A stretch of 64,000 nt of DNA, taken from a virus. The notes under the pieces were generated by a model, which was not told where the DNA came from, did no database searches, and worked only from the letters and a program-made list of their open reading frames with translations. Location: positions 1-64,000 of the IMG/VR virus record IMGVR_UViG_3300024221_000009; one strand, 5' to 3'. Below are positions 49,383 through 58,765 of this stretch, piece after piece (the first letter of the stretch is position 1; every line of letters starts with the position of its first letter). The translations under genes were made by a program, and so were the position numbers.

Positions 49383-50045
49383 ATGATTTACGTAGCAGTA
49401 GACTTCTCTTTAAATTCACCTGGTATTTGTATTCACGATGATTCAAAGGATTCATATCACTTTGTGTCTTATATTAAAAGAGGACAAGGAACTAAAAAAG
49501 ATCAAAAGAAACAAGAAGACATTTCTCTTCTAAAAGACACCACATTAATTTATCAGCCCGACTGGGATAAAAGCGATAACTATTCAAGTGCTGAAATATC
49601 TAAAGTTAGAAGATATTCAAGAACCGCTCAAGACCTTATTGATATTATATTAAAGATAACTAAAACTAAAGACAATTATATTATTGGTTTTGAAGGAACT
49701 TCTTTTGGTTCTAAGATGGGAACTAATAATATTATTGATATGGCAGCAGGTGCAGCCCTTCTAAAAGCTGAAATGCTAAACCAATTAGATGTTAAAGCTC
49801 TAGAGACTGTAGCACCTTCAACTATTAAGAAACATGCTGGTAAAGGTAATATGAATAAAACAATGCTTTGGAAAGTTTTTATTGATAATAATATAAAAGA
49901 CCAGAAACTAGCATCCTCTAAACTATTTAATTATTGTGTTGATGAGATTGGAGAAGTTTCTAAGATCCCAAAACCTTTTGATGATTTGGTCGATGCCTTC
50001 TTCTTGAACAGCTTACTTCAAACGTTATTTAACCCTCAGGCTTAA
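49383..50045 (+). CDS. RuvC-like Holliday junction resolvase/nuclease
   Basis: VAVDFSLNSPG, GFEG, PSTIKKHAGKGN.NK, DDLVDAF. Confidence 0.75.
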   Translation: MIYVAVDFSLNSPGICIHDDSKDSYHFVSYIKRGQGTKKDQKKQEDISLLKDTTLIYQPDWDKSDNYSSAEISKVRRYSRTAQDLIDIILKITKTKDNYIIGFEGTSFGSKMGTNNIIDMAAGAALLKAEMLNQLDVKALETVAPSTIKKHAGKGNMNKTMLWKVFIDNNIKDQKLASSKLFNYCVDEIGEVSKIPKPFDDLVDAFFLNSLLQTLFNPQA

Positions 50046-50110
50046 AACTCTAAGCTTATATTACATATATGATAAAAAGTTTCAATAATAATAAATAAAA
50101 TAATAAAATA

Positions 50111-50296
50111 ATGGAAAAGAAAAAGATAGCTTCGGCACACTTATTAAAATTAAAAGAGATATTGTTTGATATGATATCACAAAACAGAATATCAGAAGCA
50201 GAAGCTCTAAATATTTTAAGAAAAGCAGGATTAATAAAGCTTCCAGAGGCTGATGGATGGATGGATGAAGAAGGATCCACATATAGAAAATTATAG
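50111..50296 (+). CDS. hypothetical protein (61 aa)
   Basis: ORF with long A-rich leader. Confidence 0.6.
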   Translation: MEKKKIASAHLLKLKEILFDMISQNRISEAEALNILRKAGLIKLPEADGWMDEEGSTYRKL

Positions 50297-50322
50297 AGAT
50301 ATATATTTTAAGATTATATTTT

Positions 50323-50350
50323 GAAACCTTTTAAAGATTCATTGTATAAT
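50323..50350 (+). promoter_or_regulatory. GAAAC-N17-TATAAT promoter (class II)
   Basis: GAAAC 50323-50327, TATAAT 50345-50350. Confidence 0.72.
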
Positions 50351-50363
50351 TAATGAAAGTTTT

Positions 50364-50436
50364 TTAAAGGTACCTTAACGAACAATCAAAGATTTAAAGA
50401 TTATTAACAAAATTAACGAAATTAAAGATTTAAAGA
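50364..50436 (+). repeat. about 8 copies of a TTAA(A/C)(G/A)A-like unit in the SSB 5' leader
   Basis: Units at 50364, 50375, 50386, 50394, 50404, 50413, 50422, 50430. Confidence 0.7.
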
Positions 50437-50437
50437 A

Positions 50438-51346
50438 ATGGCAGAATTTGACATTTTCAACTTAAGCGTAAGCGATGTTGAAACACACGACACACAAAGC
50501 ACTAAAACGGATGTACTATACAAGCCGAGTGCAGATCAAGGAAAAGATGGAACTTATAAAGCACTAGTACGCTTTGTTCCTAATCCAGCAAACCCAAGAA
50601 ATTCACTAGTTAAAAAATACGTACACTGGTTAACAGATGCATCAGGTAATGGTCGATTAATTGACTCACCTAGTTCTGTTGGCGAAAGTTGTCCAATTGC
50701 AGAAGCTTTTTTCAAACTAAGAAATAGCGATTCAGCAGTTGACCGTAAGATGAGTGAAAAATTAAAGAGACGTGAGCAATACTACTCTCTTATTAAAGTA
50801 ATTAAAGACCCTCAAAATCCAGATCTAGAAGGACAATACTTAGTGTATAAGTTTGGTTATAAGATTAAGGAAAAGATTGACGAGGAATTAAAGCCAGCTT
50901 TTGGTGAACCAACTCAAGTATTTGACCTTTTCGAAGGTAAAAACTTTGAATTGATTATAACAAGACAAGGTGAATATAACAATTACGATAAATCTAAATT
51001 CTCTGCAAGCACTTCAGCAATCACAGTAAATGGAGAAGCTGCTGAAAGAACAAAAGAGACAATGTCAGTTATTAAAACTGAATTAGATGCAGCACCATCA
51101 TTAGAGCCTTACGAGTATAAAGTATGGGATGGAGATGCAAGAGATTTCGTAAACGGAATTTTACGTCAATACTTAAATCCAGGAGGTTCAATTGATGCAG
51201 TGGTTTCAAAACCTAAAGCTGCGCCAAAGGCATCTAAGCCAGTTGAAGTATCTACACCAGTTGTAGAAACTACTTCAACAACAGAATCAACAAGTGCAGA
51301 TAGTAGTGATGATCTAGATTCTTTCTTGAATGACCTCGACATCTAA
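50438..51346 (+). CDS. single-stranded DNA-binding protein (T4 gp32-like)
   Basis: ALVRFVP, CPI, IKDPQNPDLEG...YKFG.KI, FDLFEG.NF.L, NYDKSKF; acidic tail DDLDSFLNDLDI. Confidence 0.88.
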   Translation: MAEFDIFNLSVSDVETHDTQSTKTDVLYKPSADQGKDGTYKALVRFVPNPANPRNSLVKKYVHWLTDASGNGRLIDSPSSVGESCPIAEAFFKLRNSDSAVDRKMSEKLKRREQYYSLIKVIKDPQNPDLEGQYLVYKFGYKIKEKIDEELKPAFGEPTQVFDLFEGKNFELIITRQGEYNNYDKSKFSASTSAITVNGEAAERTKETMSVIKTELDAAPSLEPYEYKVWDGDARDFVNGILRQYLNPGGSIDAVVSKPKAAPKASKPVEVSTPVVETTSTTESTSADSSDDLDSFLNDLDI

Positions 51347-52457
51347 GATAGACGAAACATTAAAGCAAAAAATTAGAAGCTTAGTAAAGCAAGTTGTAGT
51401 AAACGAGCACACTGACCCTAATAAAAGAATGCTTAAGGAAATGCCAGGCCGTTTGAGCCTGGCATGCCCTTATTGTGGAGACTCTACAACAGATACACAT
51501 AAGAAGAGAGGTAATATATATTGGGATAGTTTACAGTTTCATTGTTTTAACTGCTCTGCCCATGGAGATGTTTATTCTTTATTAAAAGATCATCACGTAG
51601 GATTCAAAGATAGAGAAGATTCTATTGCTATTATAGATTTCATACAGGAACATAGAATACAAGCAAACACTGTAGAAGTATTAGAACACGACATCTTTAA
51701 AAAGATATACGACTTAGCCCCTACTCGAGAAGAATTAAGTAAAACATTTGGATATAAAGAAATAGAAGTAGGAGATCCTGGTTATTTTTACTTAAGAGGG
51801 AGAATGTTATCTCATAAGCTTGAAAACTTTATGTATTCTCCTAAAGATAAAAGAATGGTTGTTCTTAATTTAGGCCCTAATAAAAAAGTTATAGGGTTTC
51901 AAACAAGAGCTCTTTCCAAATATAGAAACGCAAGATACCTAACGTATGATATTGAAAAAATATATCAAGAAATGAATAAAGATCTTGGAGTATCTGAAAC
52001 TGAATTAATAAGTCTTAAAAAAATATCAACACTCTTTGGTATTTTAAGAGTTGATTTACAAAGAACAGTCACTATGTTTGAAGGTCCTATTGACGCAATG
52101 TTTATGTCAAATAGTATTGGATTAGCAACAGCAGGTAGATCAACAGAAGAGTTTGATGAAATACCAACAATACGTTATATGTTTGATAACGACAAAACAG
52201 GTAAAGAGAAGATGATGCAAAAACTTCGAAGAGGTAAAGAAATATTTATGTGGGGTAAATTTCTTAATGATACCAAGCTAGATTTAAAATACGATAAATG
52301 GCTAGACGGAGTTAATAAAGAAAATAGAGATAAATATCCTAAAGAATTAGGTGATTTAAATGATCTAGTACGAGTAGCATACTATTTAAAAGACGATTGT
52401 CTTAAAAATCTGTCTGAATATTTTAGTAATTCTAAACTAGATGCATTTTACCTATGA
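51330..52457 (+). CDS. DNA primase (T4 gp61-like)
   Basis: Zn ribbon CPYCGDS...HCFNC; TOPRIM FEGPIDAMF and FDND. Confidence 0.88.
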   Translation: MTSTSKIDETLKQKIRSLVKQVVVNEHTDPNKRMLKEMPGRLSLACPYCGDSTTDTHKKRGNIYWDSLQFHCFNCSAHGDVYSLLKDHHVGFKDREDSIAIIDFIQEHRIQANTVEVLEHDIFKKIYDLAPTREELSKTFGYKEIEVGDPGYFYLRGRMLSHKLENFMYSPKDKRMVVLNLGPNKKVIGFQTRALSKYRNARYLTYDIEKIYQEMNKDLGVSETELISLKKISTLFGILRVDLQRTVTMFEGPIDAMFMSNSIGLATAGRSTEEFDEIPTIRYMFDNDKTGKEKMMQKLRRGKEIFMWGKFLNDTKLDLKYDKWLDGVNKENRDKYPKELGDLNDLVRVAYYLKDDCLKNLSEYFSNSKLDAFYL

Positions 52458-52675
52458 CAAATAAAGAAATTAACGAAATGATAGATCATGAGTTTGACGA
52501 ATTCGAACACGATCGAAACCGTAGAAAAAATATTAAAGCTTTTTTAAAACTTAAAAGCTCTATATATGATTTTACGGAAACTAAATTAACTATGACAGAT
52601 CCTAAGTTTAAGAAAAAACTTAGCACTTCTGTTTATATTAAACACAAAAATAAAAATAATAATCAACTGTTTTAA
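52454..52675 (+). CDS. hypothetical protein (73 aa)
   Basis: Coupled ORF in the replication module. Confidence 0.6.
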   Translation: MTNKEINEMIDHEFDEFEHDRNRRKNIKAFLKLKSSIYDFTETKLTMTDPKFKKKLSTSVYIKHKNKNNNQLF

Positions 52676-52686
52676 ACTAATAATCA

Positions 52687-53115
52687 ATGGCAGATTTAAA
52701 AGATAAAATACTTAAATTAGACGAATATCTAGGAAGACAAAGATTAGATTGGACTGATAAAATAAAAGAACTTACAGTTAATTTAAAGAAAGGTGTAAAC
52801 CTTGAAGAGGTTAGTTCGTTCTCATTGAGTTATCGACAAATATTAGTAGAACAGCTTGCATCTATGTCTAATAAGATGAGAGCACAAAAAGCAACAGTTG
52901 ATCAAAAGTATAAAACAAAGTGGATAGAATATTATCAATACGATTATAAACTAACCGACAAGCAACGAGAAAGATTTCTTGAAGCGGATTTAGCAGAAGA
53001 TAGACAGCTGCTAGATTTATTAGAAACACAGAAGAGCTTTATTGAAGCTTCTGTAAAAACTCTTGACAATATGGGCTTTGCAATAAAGAATCGCCTCGAT
53101 ATGACAAGAATATAA
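52687..53115 (+). CDS. uvsY: recombination mediator UvsY-like
   Basis: Helical 142-aa protein, IEYY...FLEAD...MGFAIKN, next to uvsW. Confidence 0.65.
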   Translation: MADLKDKILKLDEYLGRQRLDWTDKIKELTVNLKKGVNLEEVSSFSLSYRQILVEQLASMSNKMRAQKATVDQKYKTKWIEYYQYDYKLTDKQRERFLEADLAEDRQLLDLLETQKSFIEASVKTLDNMGFAIKNRLDMTRI

Positions 53116-53133
53116 AAAATAGTTTCATGAAAA

Positions 53134-54642
53134 TTGGTACTAACATTAACAGATGATAATCAATTTCTACGAATTGATGATGCTACTGAACTTGAGTTAG
53201 AACAGATTACAATCTCCCTTACAAAAAGAATTGAAAGTTGGAGATTTAATCCGTTAGTAAAACGAGGAGTGTGGGATGGTTATGTCTCTTATATTAAAGA
53301 TGACAAATGGATTCCAGCTGGACTATGGAGGCATGTTATACAAATTTGTAAAGATTATAAGATAGAGATTCAAATGAACGGAATAAAACGTTTAATTGAT
53401 CCAGATATTAACGCAGAAGCATTTGAAGAATGGGCTCTTAATTTCTTTAAAGGTGCTGAGATAACTCCAAGAGATTATCAAATAGAAACAGCATATAACA
53501 TACTTAAATTTAGAAAGTGTTTAGCGGAGTTGGCAACATCAGCTGGTAAAACTTTAATTAGTTTTATGACTGTTGCATATATGCTAGAAAAGAAAAAAGC
53601 TCAAAAAATATTATTTATAGTACCTAACGTATCTTTAGTTGTACAGGCCCATGAAGATTTTCATGAATATAATTACATGAATAAAGTTAATTTAAAGATT
53701 CAACAGATATATTCAGGTAAAAAAATTAAAAGTAATAAAAATATAATTATTGGTACATATCAATCTTTAGTAAAAAAAGATAAAGAATATTTTAGTCAAT
53801 TTGACGCTGTTTTAGTAGATGAAACTCACAAAGCAAAAAGCGCATCTATAAAAACAATATTACAAAAATGTACTAACGCAAAATATAAATTTGGTCTTTC
53901 AGGAACAATTCCTAAAGATGGATCTCTTGATAAATTAACTCTTATGAGCCAGACTGGTCCAGTTATTAGTGAAGTCAAAGCGGCTTTTCTACAAAAACAA
54001 GGACATATTGCAAAATGTTTGGTTAAAGTAATTCAAATGAACTATGCAACAGAAAATCAAAGACAAGCGTTTCAAGAGCTTGCGCAGAACAAATATGATA
54101 GAAAGGATGTTTTCCAACTTGAACAAAATTTTATTATTAATAACGAAGCACGTCTTGATTTTATCTCAAGCGTTATTTCCAGAGTACCCAGGAATAGCCT
54201 TGTCCTTTTTCACAGGATTGAACACGGTAAAAAATTATATGAAAAACTTAGACAAGAAAGCGATAAAAGAGTTTTTTATGTGGATGGCGGAACCAATACT
54301 GATATTAGAGAAGAATATAAAAAGAAAATGGAAGCCGGTGAAGAAGTTGTCATCGTTGCGTCCTATGGTACTTTCTCAACAGGGATCTCGATTAAAAAAA
54401 TACACAACATATTCTTTACGGAATCTTTTAAAAGTGAAGTGATTATCAGGCAATCAATAGGACGTGGTTTAAGGCAACATGAATCAAAGGACAAGGTTTT
54501 AATAATCGACTTTGTTGACGACATTAGAACGCAAGAGTGGGATAATTATCTATATAAACATGGTAAAGCTCGCCAGGCAATATATAAACAAGAAAAGTTT
54601 GATTATAATATTAAAATAGTCAATTTTGAAGGAGATATATAA
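53134..54642 (+). CDS. uvsW: UvsW-like SF2 DNA helicase (TTG start)
   Basis: PRDYQ, ATSAGKT, DETH, GLSGT, STGISIK, QSIGRGLR. Confidence 0.92.
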   Translation: MVLTLTDDNQFLRIDDATELELEQITISLTKRIESWRFNPLVKRGVWDGYVSYIKDDKWIPAGLWRHVIQICKDYKIEIQMNGIKRLIDPDINAEAFEEWALNFFKGAEITPRDYQIETAYNILKFRKCLAELATSAGKTLISFMTVAYMLEKKKAQKILFIVPNVSLVVQAHEDFHEYNYMNKVNLKIQQIYSGKKIKSNKNIIIGTYQSLVKKDKEYFSQFDAVLVDETHKAKSASIKTILQKCTNAKYKFGLSGTIPKDGSLDKLTLMSQTGPVISEVKAAFLQKQGHIAKCLVKVIQMNYATENQRQAFQELAQNKYDRKDVFQLEQNFIINNEARLDFISSVISRVPRNSLVLFHRIEHGKKLYEKLRQESDKRVFYVDGGTNTDIREEYKKKMEAGEEVVIVASYGTFSTGISIKKIHNIFFTESFKSEVIIRQSIGRGLRQHESKDKVLIIDFVDDIRTQEWDNYLYKHGKARQAIYKQEKFDYNIKIVNFEGDI

Positions 54643-54677
54643 GATATACGTAAATAAAATAAATAAAATTTATAAAA

Positions 54678-57098
54678 ATGGCAAAAATGAATAAAATCAG
54701 TTCTTTTCAAACTTTTTCTGAAGTAAGAGAGGCTGAAAATGCTGATAAACTACAACAAGAAAATCAAGCTAAAAGATTAGAGCTAACAGAAAGAATAGGT
54801 AAAATATTAGATGAAATGGAAATAACATCTTTTGAAGACTTAGACGAAGAAGTTAGAGATCAATTAGTAGAAAAAACGTTCGGATTAGTTAAAGAAGGAG
54901 ATAAAACAAAAGTTTCTAAAAAAGAAATTAAAATGCATCTGGATATGTTCCAAGCAGGAGACATCGATGGTAATGATTTATCACAAGCTATTTCTGCAAT
55001 TATATTCGGAGAAGTAAAAGGACCGGGTATGGAATCTAAAGATTCTGAACAGGTTTCAGAAGCAACTGTTGTTATGGACGCAATAAACCCTGATGATAAA
55101 GATTTCTTAAAATTCTTAAAAAAGAATAAAGTTAAAGTAATTGACACTGTAAAATCAGGCCCAAGTGGACATCCTGAAATTACAATGCAAGGAAAAAGAA
55201 AAGATCTTGAAGCAGTATTAGCTGACGGTGAATTAGGATGGGATGATCCTGGTTTAGCAGAATTTATTGAAGAATCAATAAACATTTCAGAAGCAGTAAT
55301 AGTTACTGGTAGAAGAGACGCTAAAAAAGTTTTAACAGCATACACTAAATTTTTCCAAAAATATCCAGCATTAGCTGATAGGAGATTTGCAGGTTTACAT
55401 TTAGGAGCAATCAAATCCTTAATGGTTTCTGCATTAACAGATGCTAATTTTCATAGAGAATCAGCAGCGTGCGGAAAGTCTATTAAAGGAGCAAAGCTTC
55501 AACCTGTTTTTATTAAGCCAATGGAATTAAATAAAACAGAAATTAAAATACCTGTTGGTAAAGTAGCATCTATTTTAGATGATAATGCATCTCTTATTTC
55601 TGGTGCAGCCGGCTTTTCTGGTTTAGGTATTGCTGAAGGAACAGCATTATACTTAGATTCTCTTAAATATGTTAAAGAAGCAGAAGCAGTTATTGCATGT
55701 TTTAATTCTACGTTTGAAAGTGAAGTTACTGACGTAACAGAAGGTAATGCATTTTTAGGAGCTAGAGCTAAGGCTATTGAAGAAGATGCTGAAGAATTTG
55801 AATTTAACGGTAAAAAATATCCAGTAATTAAAGAATCAGAAGAAGTTACTGAATCAGCCGAACCAAAGTGTAATAATAAAAAAGGACATTTATATAAGCA
55901 AATTGATAAGGACGGAACGGTAGAATGCGTGCACTGTGGTCTAAGAAATTCATTAAGCGAATCAGAGGTTAATGAAGCTAAATCTTTTAAAAATACTGAA
56001 GATTTTGAAGCATTTTTAAAGGAAATCGATGCTATGCCAGAAAGAGCAGTTAGAAAGATAATGGGTAAAGAATATATCGATACTCCTGGTTTTTATGAAG
56101 ATGAAAAGGATGATTATGATGATGTAATTGACTTCATGATTTCAAACATGGGTGCAGATATTTATCACCAATTAGAACAGTGGTGGGAAAACAATGTTCA
56201 AGAATCAGCAGTTACTGAAGCTAAATTTGTAAAAGATTTTGATAAAGATGTTTTAGATGCTGAAACCAAAGCAGATATAACAACTTACTACCCTTCTGCT
56301 AAATTCTTTATAGGTAAATCAACCCACTTCTTCGGAGAATTAGATAAAAATTTATTTTTTAAAGCATATTATAAAGATTATGTAAAGAAGGCTGGTGGTA
56401 AAATCGATGGTGATTTTAAAATTGTAATGATATATTCTGAAAAAGGTAGAAATTTTGTACCTTTATTTACTAGAGAAGTTACTGAATCAGTGGTTACTGA
56501 AGCTAAAATTAATTCTGACGAAGAGTTTAAAGAATATGCTACAACTGTTTTACAAAAAGCGTTTGGTGAAGATTATGACGAAGCAAAAGCAAACGAAGTT
56601 ATTGATGGTATTTTAGCAAAAGTTGACGGAGATTACGGCGCTGCTGTAGGAATGTTAACATCTTCATTAGGAGAATCAGTAGTTACTGAAAAAACATATA
56701 ATAAAAAGTCTTTAATGAAAGCAATGAAAGCCGATGATGGTATGATACAATTAGGCAATGGTCAAGAATATGTTATCTACGCTTACGGTAATGGTAATGA
56801 TGATAACGACAATATGTGGGGAGATAAATCAATCTTTGCGTTAGACCAAGACGGCGAAGAGCATGAAATTGAATATTCTGATATTGTAAGTTATAATGAA
56901 GCTAACGCTGATGGAACTATTTCAGATGATGAAGACGAAAAAAGAGAAGAACTTTTAAATAGAGTTAAAGAACAAATGGAAGAGCTATTAGCATCTGCTG
57001 AATTTGATGCTAAAGAAATTGGTGGTTCTTTTAGATCTCCTGGTATTATGTTTGATATTAGAAAACAACTTGATAAGCAAGTTAAAAAGTTTAAATAA
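54678..57098 (+). CDS. modular polyprotein 1, putative protease-processed head cargo
   Basis: About 11 unrelated segments separated by ES-x-V-[TNS]-E-A linkers; late motif at 54634. Confidence 0.7.
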   Translation: MAKMNKISSFQTFSEVREAENADKLQQENQAKRLELTERIGKILDEMEITSFEDLDEEVRDQLVEKTFGLVKEGDKTKVSKKEIKMHLDMFQAGDIDGNDLSQAISAIIFGEVKGPGMESKDSEQVSEATVVMDAINPDDKDFLKFLKKNKVKVIDTVKSGPSGHPEITMQGKRKDLEAVLADGELGWDDPGLAEFIEESINISEAVIVTGRRDAKKVLTAYTKFFQKYPALADRRFAGLHLGAIKSLMVSALTDANFHRESAACGKSIKGAKLQPVFIKPMELNKTEIKIPVGKVASILDDNASLISGAAGFSGLGIAEGTALYLDSLKYVKEAEAVIACFNSTFESEVTDVTEGNAFLGARAKAIEEDAEEFEFNGKKYPVIKESEEVTESAEPKCNNKKGHLYKQIDKDGTVECVHCGLRNSLSESEVNEAKSFKNTEDFEAFLKEIDAMPERAVRKIMGKEYIDTPGFYEDEKDDYDDVIDFMISNMGADIYHQLEQWWENNVQESAVTEAKFVKDFDKDVLDAETKADITTYYPSAKFFIGKSTHFFGELDKNLFFKAYYKDYVKKAGGKIDGDFKIVMIYSEKGRNFVPLFTREVTESVVTEAKINSDEEFKEYATTVLQKAFGEDYDEAKANEVIDGILAKVDGDYGAAVGMLTSSLGESVVTEKTYNKKSLMKAMKADDGMIQLGNGQEYVIYAYGNGNDDNDNMWGDKSIFALDQDGEEHEIEYSDIVSYNEANADGTISDDEDEKREELLNRVKEQMEELLASAEFDAKEIGGSFRSPGIMFDIRKQLDKQVKKFK
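55833..56693 (+). repeat. dispersed in-frame linker repeat, consensus GAATCAGNRGTTAMTGAAGCTAAA
   Basis: Copies at 55833, 55959, 56202, 56484, 56673; weaker copies at 55032, 55272, 55716; also 61633. Confidence 0.85.
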
Positions 57099-57103
57099 AA
57101 ATA

Positions 57104-57144
57104 GAAAAAAAGATGACCTGGATTTTTCCGGGTCAAATCTTTTT
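57104..57144. terminator. intrinsic terminator, possibly bidirectional
   Basis: TGACCTGGA-tttt-TCCGGGTCA stem flanked by an A-tract and a T-tract. Confidence 0.7.
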
Positions 57145-57158
57145 ATTATATTAGTAGT

Positions 57159-57461
57159 ATGAAGAAAGCAAAATTATATGAAGAGTTTATCAACGAAGAA
57201 ATCTATTTAACATATAGTGAAATCGTAGGTTATCAATTTGATAAGTTTTTAGAATCATATTTTAAACTAAATAAAGATAACAAAACAGTTTACGATAAAA
57301 AAGAAGATTTTACGTATGGTTTTAGAAAAGGATCTAAAACTGCACATTGGAAATATGATCACGATAATTTCGAATTACACCACAGTGAAAAAGAATTTCA
57401 TGTCTTAGGTCTTATAAATTTTTATAAACAAGCATCAAAGGGACATCCCTGGTCTAAATAA
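57159..57461 (+). CDS. small protein with capsid-targeting-like N-terminus
   Basis: MKKAKLYEEFINE start. Confidence 0.65.
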   Translation: MKKAKLYEEFINEEIYLTYSEIVGYQFDKFLESYFKLNKDNKTVYDKKEDFTYGFRKGSKTAHWKYDHDNFELHHSEKEFHVLGLINFYKQASKGHPWSK

Positions 57462-57471
57462 AACATACGCA

Positions 57472-58755
57472 ATGAAAATATTATCATTTAAAGATTTCTT
57501 AATAGAAAGAGAAAATAAAGAAGTATTAGACTCTAAATTAATTTTAGAAGGTGGGGCAGCAGGTCACATGTCACATCCATTTGATGAAAAAGATTTGACA
57601 TTTGCAGATTTTAAAAAGATAGTAACTGCTGGTCTTCAAGGTGAATTAAACTTTGAGGAAGAAGCAACTGAAAAAACGGATGGACAAAATGTATTTGCAA
57701 CAGTTCAAGATGGAGAAGTAAAATTTGCCAGAAATAAAACTGAATTAGCAAATCCAATGGACTTGGCTACTTTTAAGAATAAGTTTGAAGGACATCCAAG
57801 TAAATTAGTACAAGATACTTTTCAATTTGCTGCAGAAGATTTAGCAAACTCATTAAATAAATTATCCCCTAAAGATTTAGAAGTTTTTGATAATGGTAAA
57901 AACTGGATGAACATGGAGTTAATTTACTCTAAGAATCCAAACGTTATCTACTATGACCGCGATGTTATTCAATTTCATGGTATAAAGAAAACTGATGGTG
58001 AAGGTAATACTATTGGAGAAGATAACAAACCAGCAAGATCAATTGCGAAAGCAATGCAAGATCTTAAAATTAATGTTGGTAAAACATTTACAGTTATCCC
58101 ACCTCAAATTATTAAATTAGGTAAAGATTTAGAATTTGATAAAAATCAATCTAAATTTATAAAACAAATAGAAGCGTTAAGAGATCGTTATAAATTAACA
58201 GACGCTGATGAAGTTTCTAGATATCATGAAATGTGGTGGAGAGAAACAATAGATACAAATTTCCCTGATTTACAACAAGACTATAAAGAAGGTTTATTAT
58301 TAAGATGGGCTTATGGAAATAAGAAGTCTTTAAATATGAGAAGTCTTGCAAAGGAAATAGGAAAAGATGAAGCAGCTTCTGTTAAGAAATTCGACAAAGA
58401 AGATGTTAAAAAGAAATATAAAGAAAACATTAGACCTTTTGAAGATTTATTCTTAGAACTAGGATCTATAATTCTTAAAAATGCTTCTAATTTTGTAGCA
58501 GCAAATCCAGACAAGGAAATGCAAAGATTACATAATCAAATTAGAAGTGAATCAGAAAAAATTAAAAAAGGCGGAGGAGAAGCTCAAATTGCAAAAGTAG
58601 AAGCTGAACTTGCTAGGTTAGAAAGAATTGGTGGTGTAGAATCTATTATACCAACTGAAGGAATAGTCTTTGTATATAAAGGAAAAACAATGAAATTAAC
58701 AGGTACGTTTGCAGCCATTAATCAATTAATGGGAATTATAAAGTACGGAAGATAA
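57472..58755 (+). CDS. ATP-dependent ligase-like nucleotidyltransferase with capsid-targeting-like leader
   Basis: MKILSFKDFLIE..LILE|GGAAGHM; motif I TEKTDG, motif IV EGIVF, motif V MKL. Confidence 0.6.
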   Translation: MKILSFKDFLIERENKEVLDSKLILEGGAAGHMSHPFDEKDLTFADFKKIVTAGLQGELNFEEEATEKTDGQNVFATVQDGEVKFARNKTELANPMDLATFKNKFEGHPSKLVQDTFQFAAEDLANSLNKLSPKDLEVFDNGKNWMNMELIYSKNPNVIYYDRDVIQFHGIKKTDGEGNTIGEDNKPARSIAKAMQDLKINVGKTFTVIPPQIIKLGKDLEFDKNQSKFIKQIEALRDRYKLTDADEVSRYHEMWWRETIDTNFPDLQQDYKEGLLLRWAYGNKKSLNMRSLAKEIGKDEAASVKKFDKEDVKKKYKENIRPFEDLFLELGSIILKNASNFVAANPDKEMQRLHNQIRSESEKIKKGGGEAQIAKVEAELARLERIGGVESIIPTEGIVFVYKGKTMKLTGTFAAINQLMGIIKYGR

Positions 58756-58765
58756 ATAATATAAT

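Noticed and set aside
7907-54442. Nested alternative-frame + strand ORFs (7907, 13635, 50082-region, 54044)
   Set aside because: They overlap well-supported genes and have no independent start signals or motifs
55833-56693. Repeat-spacer-like pattern as a CRISPR array
   Set aside because: Repeats are degenerate, in frame and protein-coding; intervening segments are about 100-260 nt and unequal; no cas genes in the window
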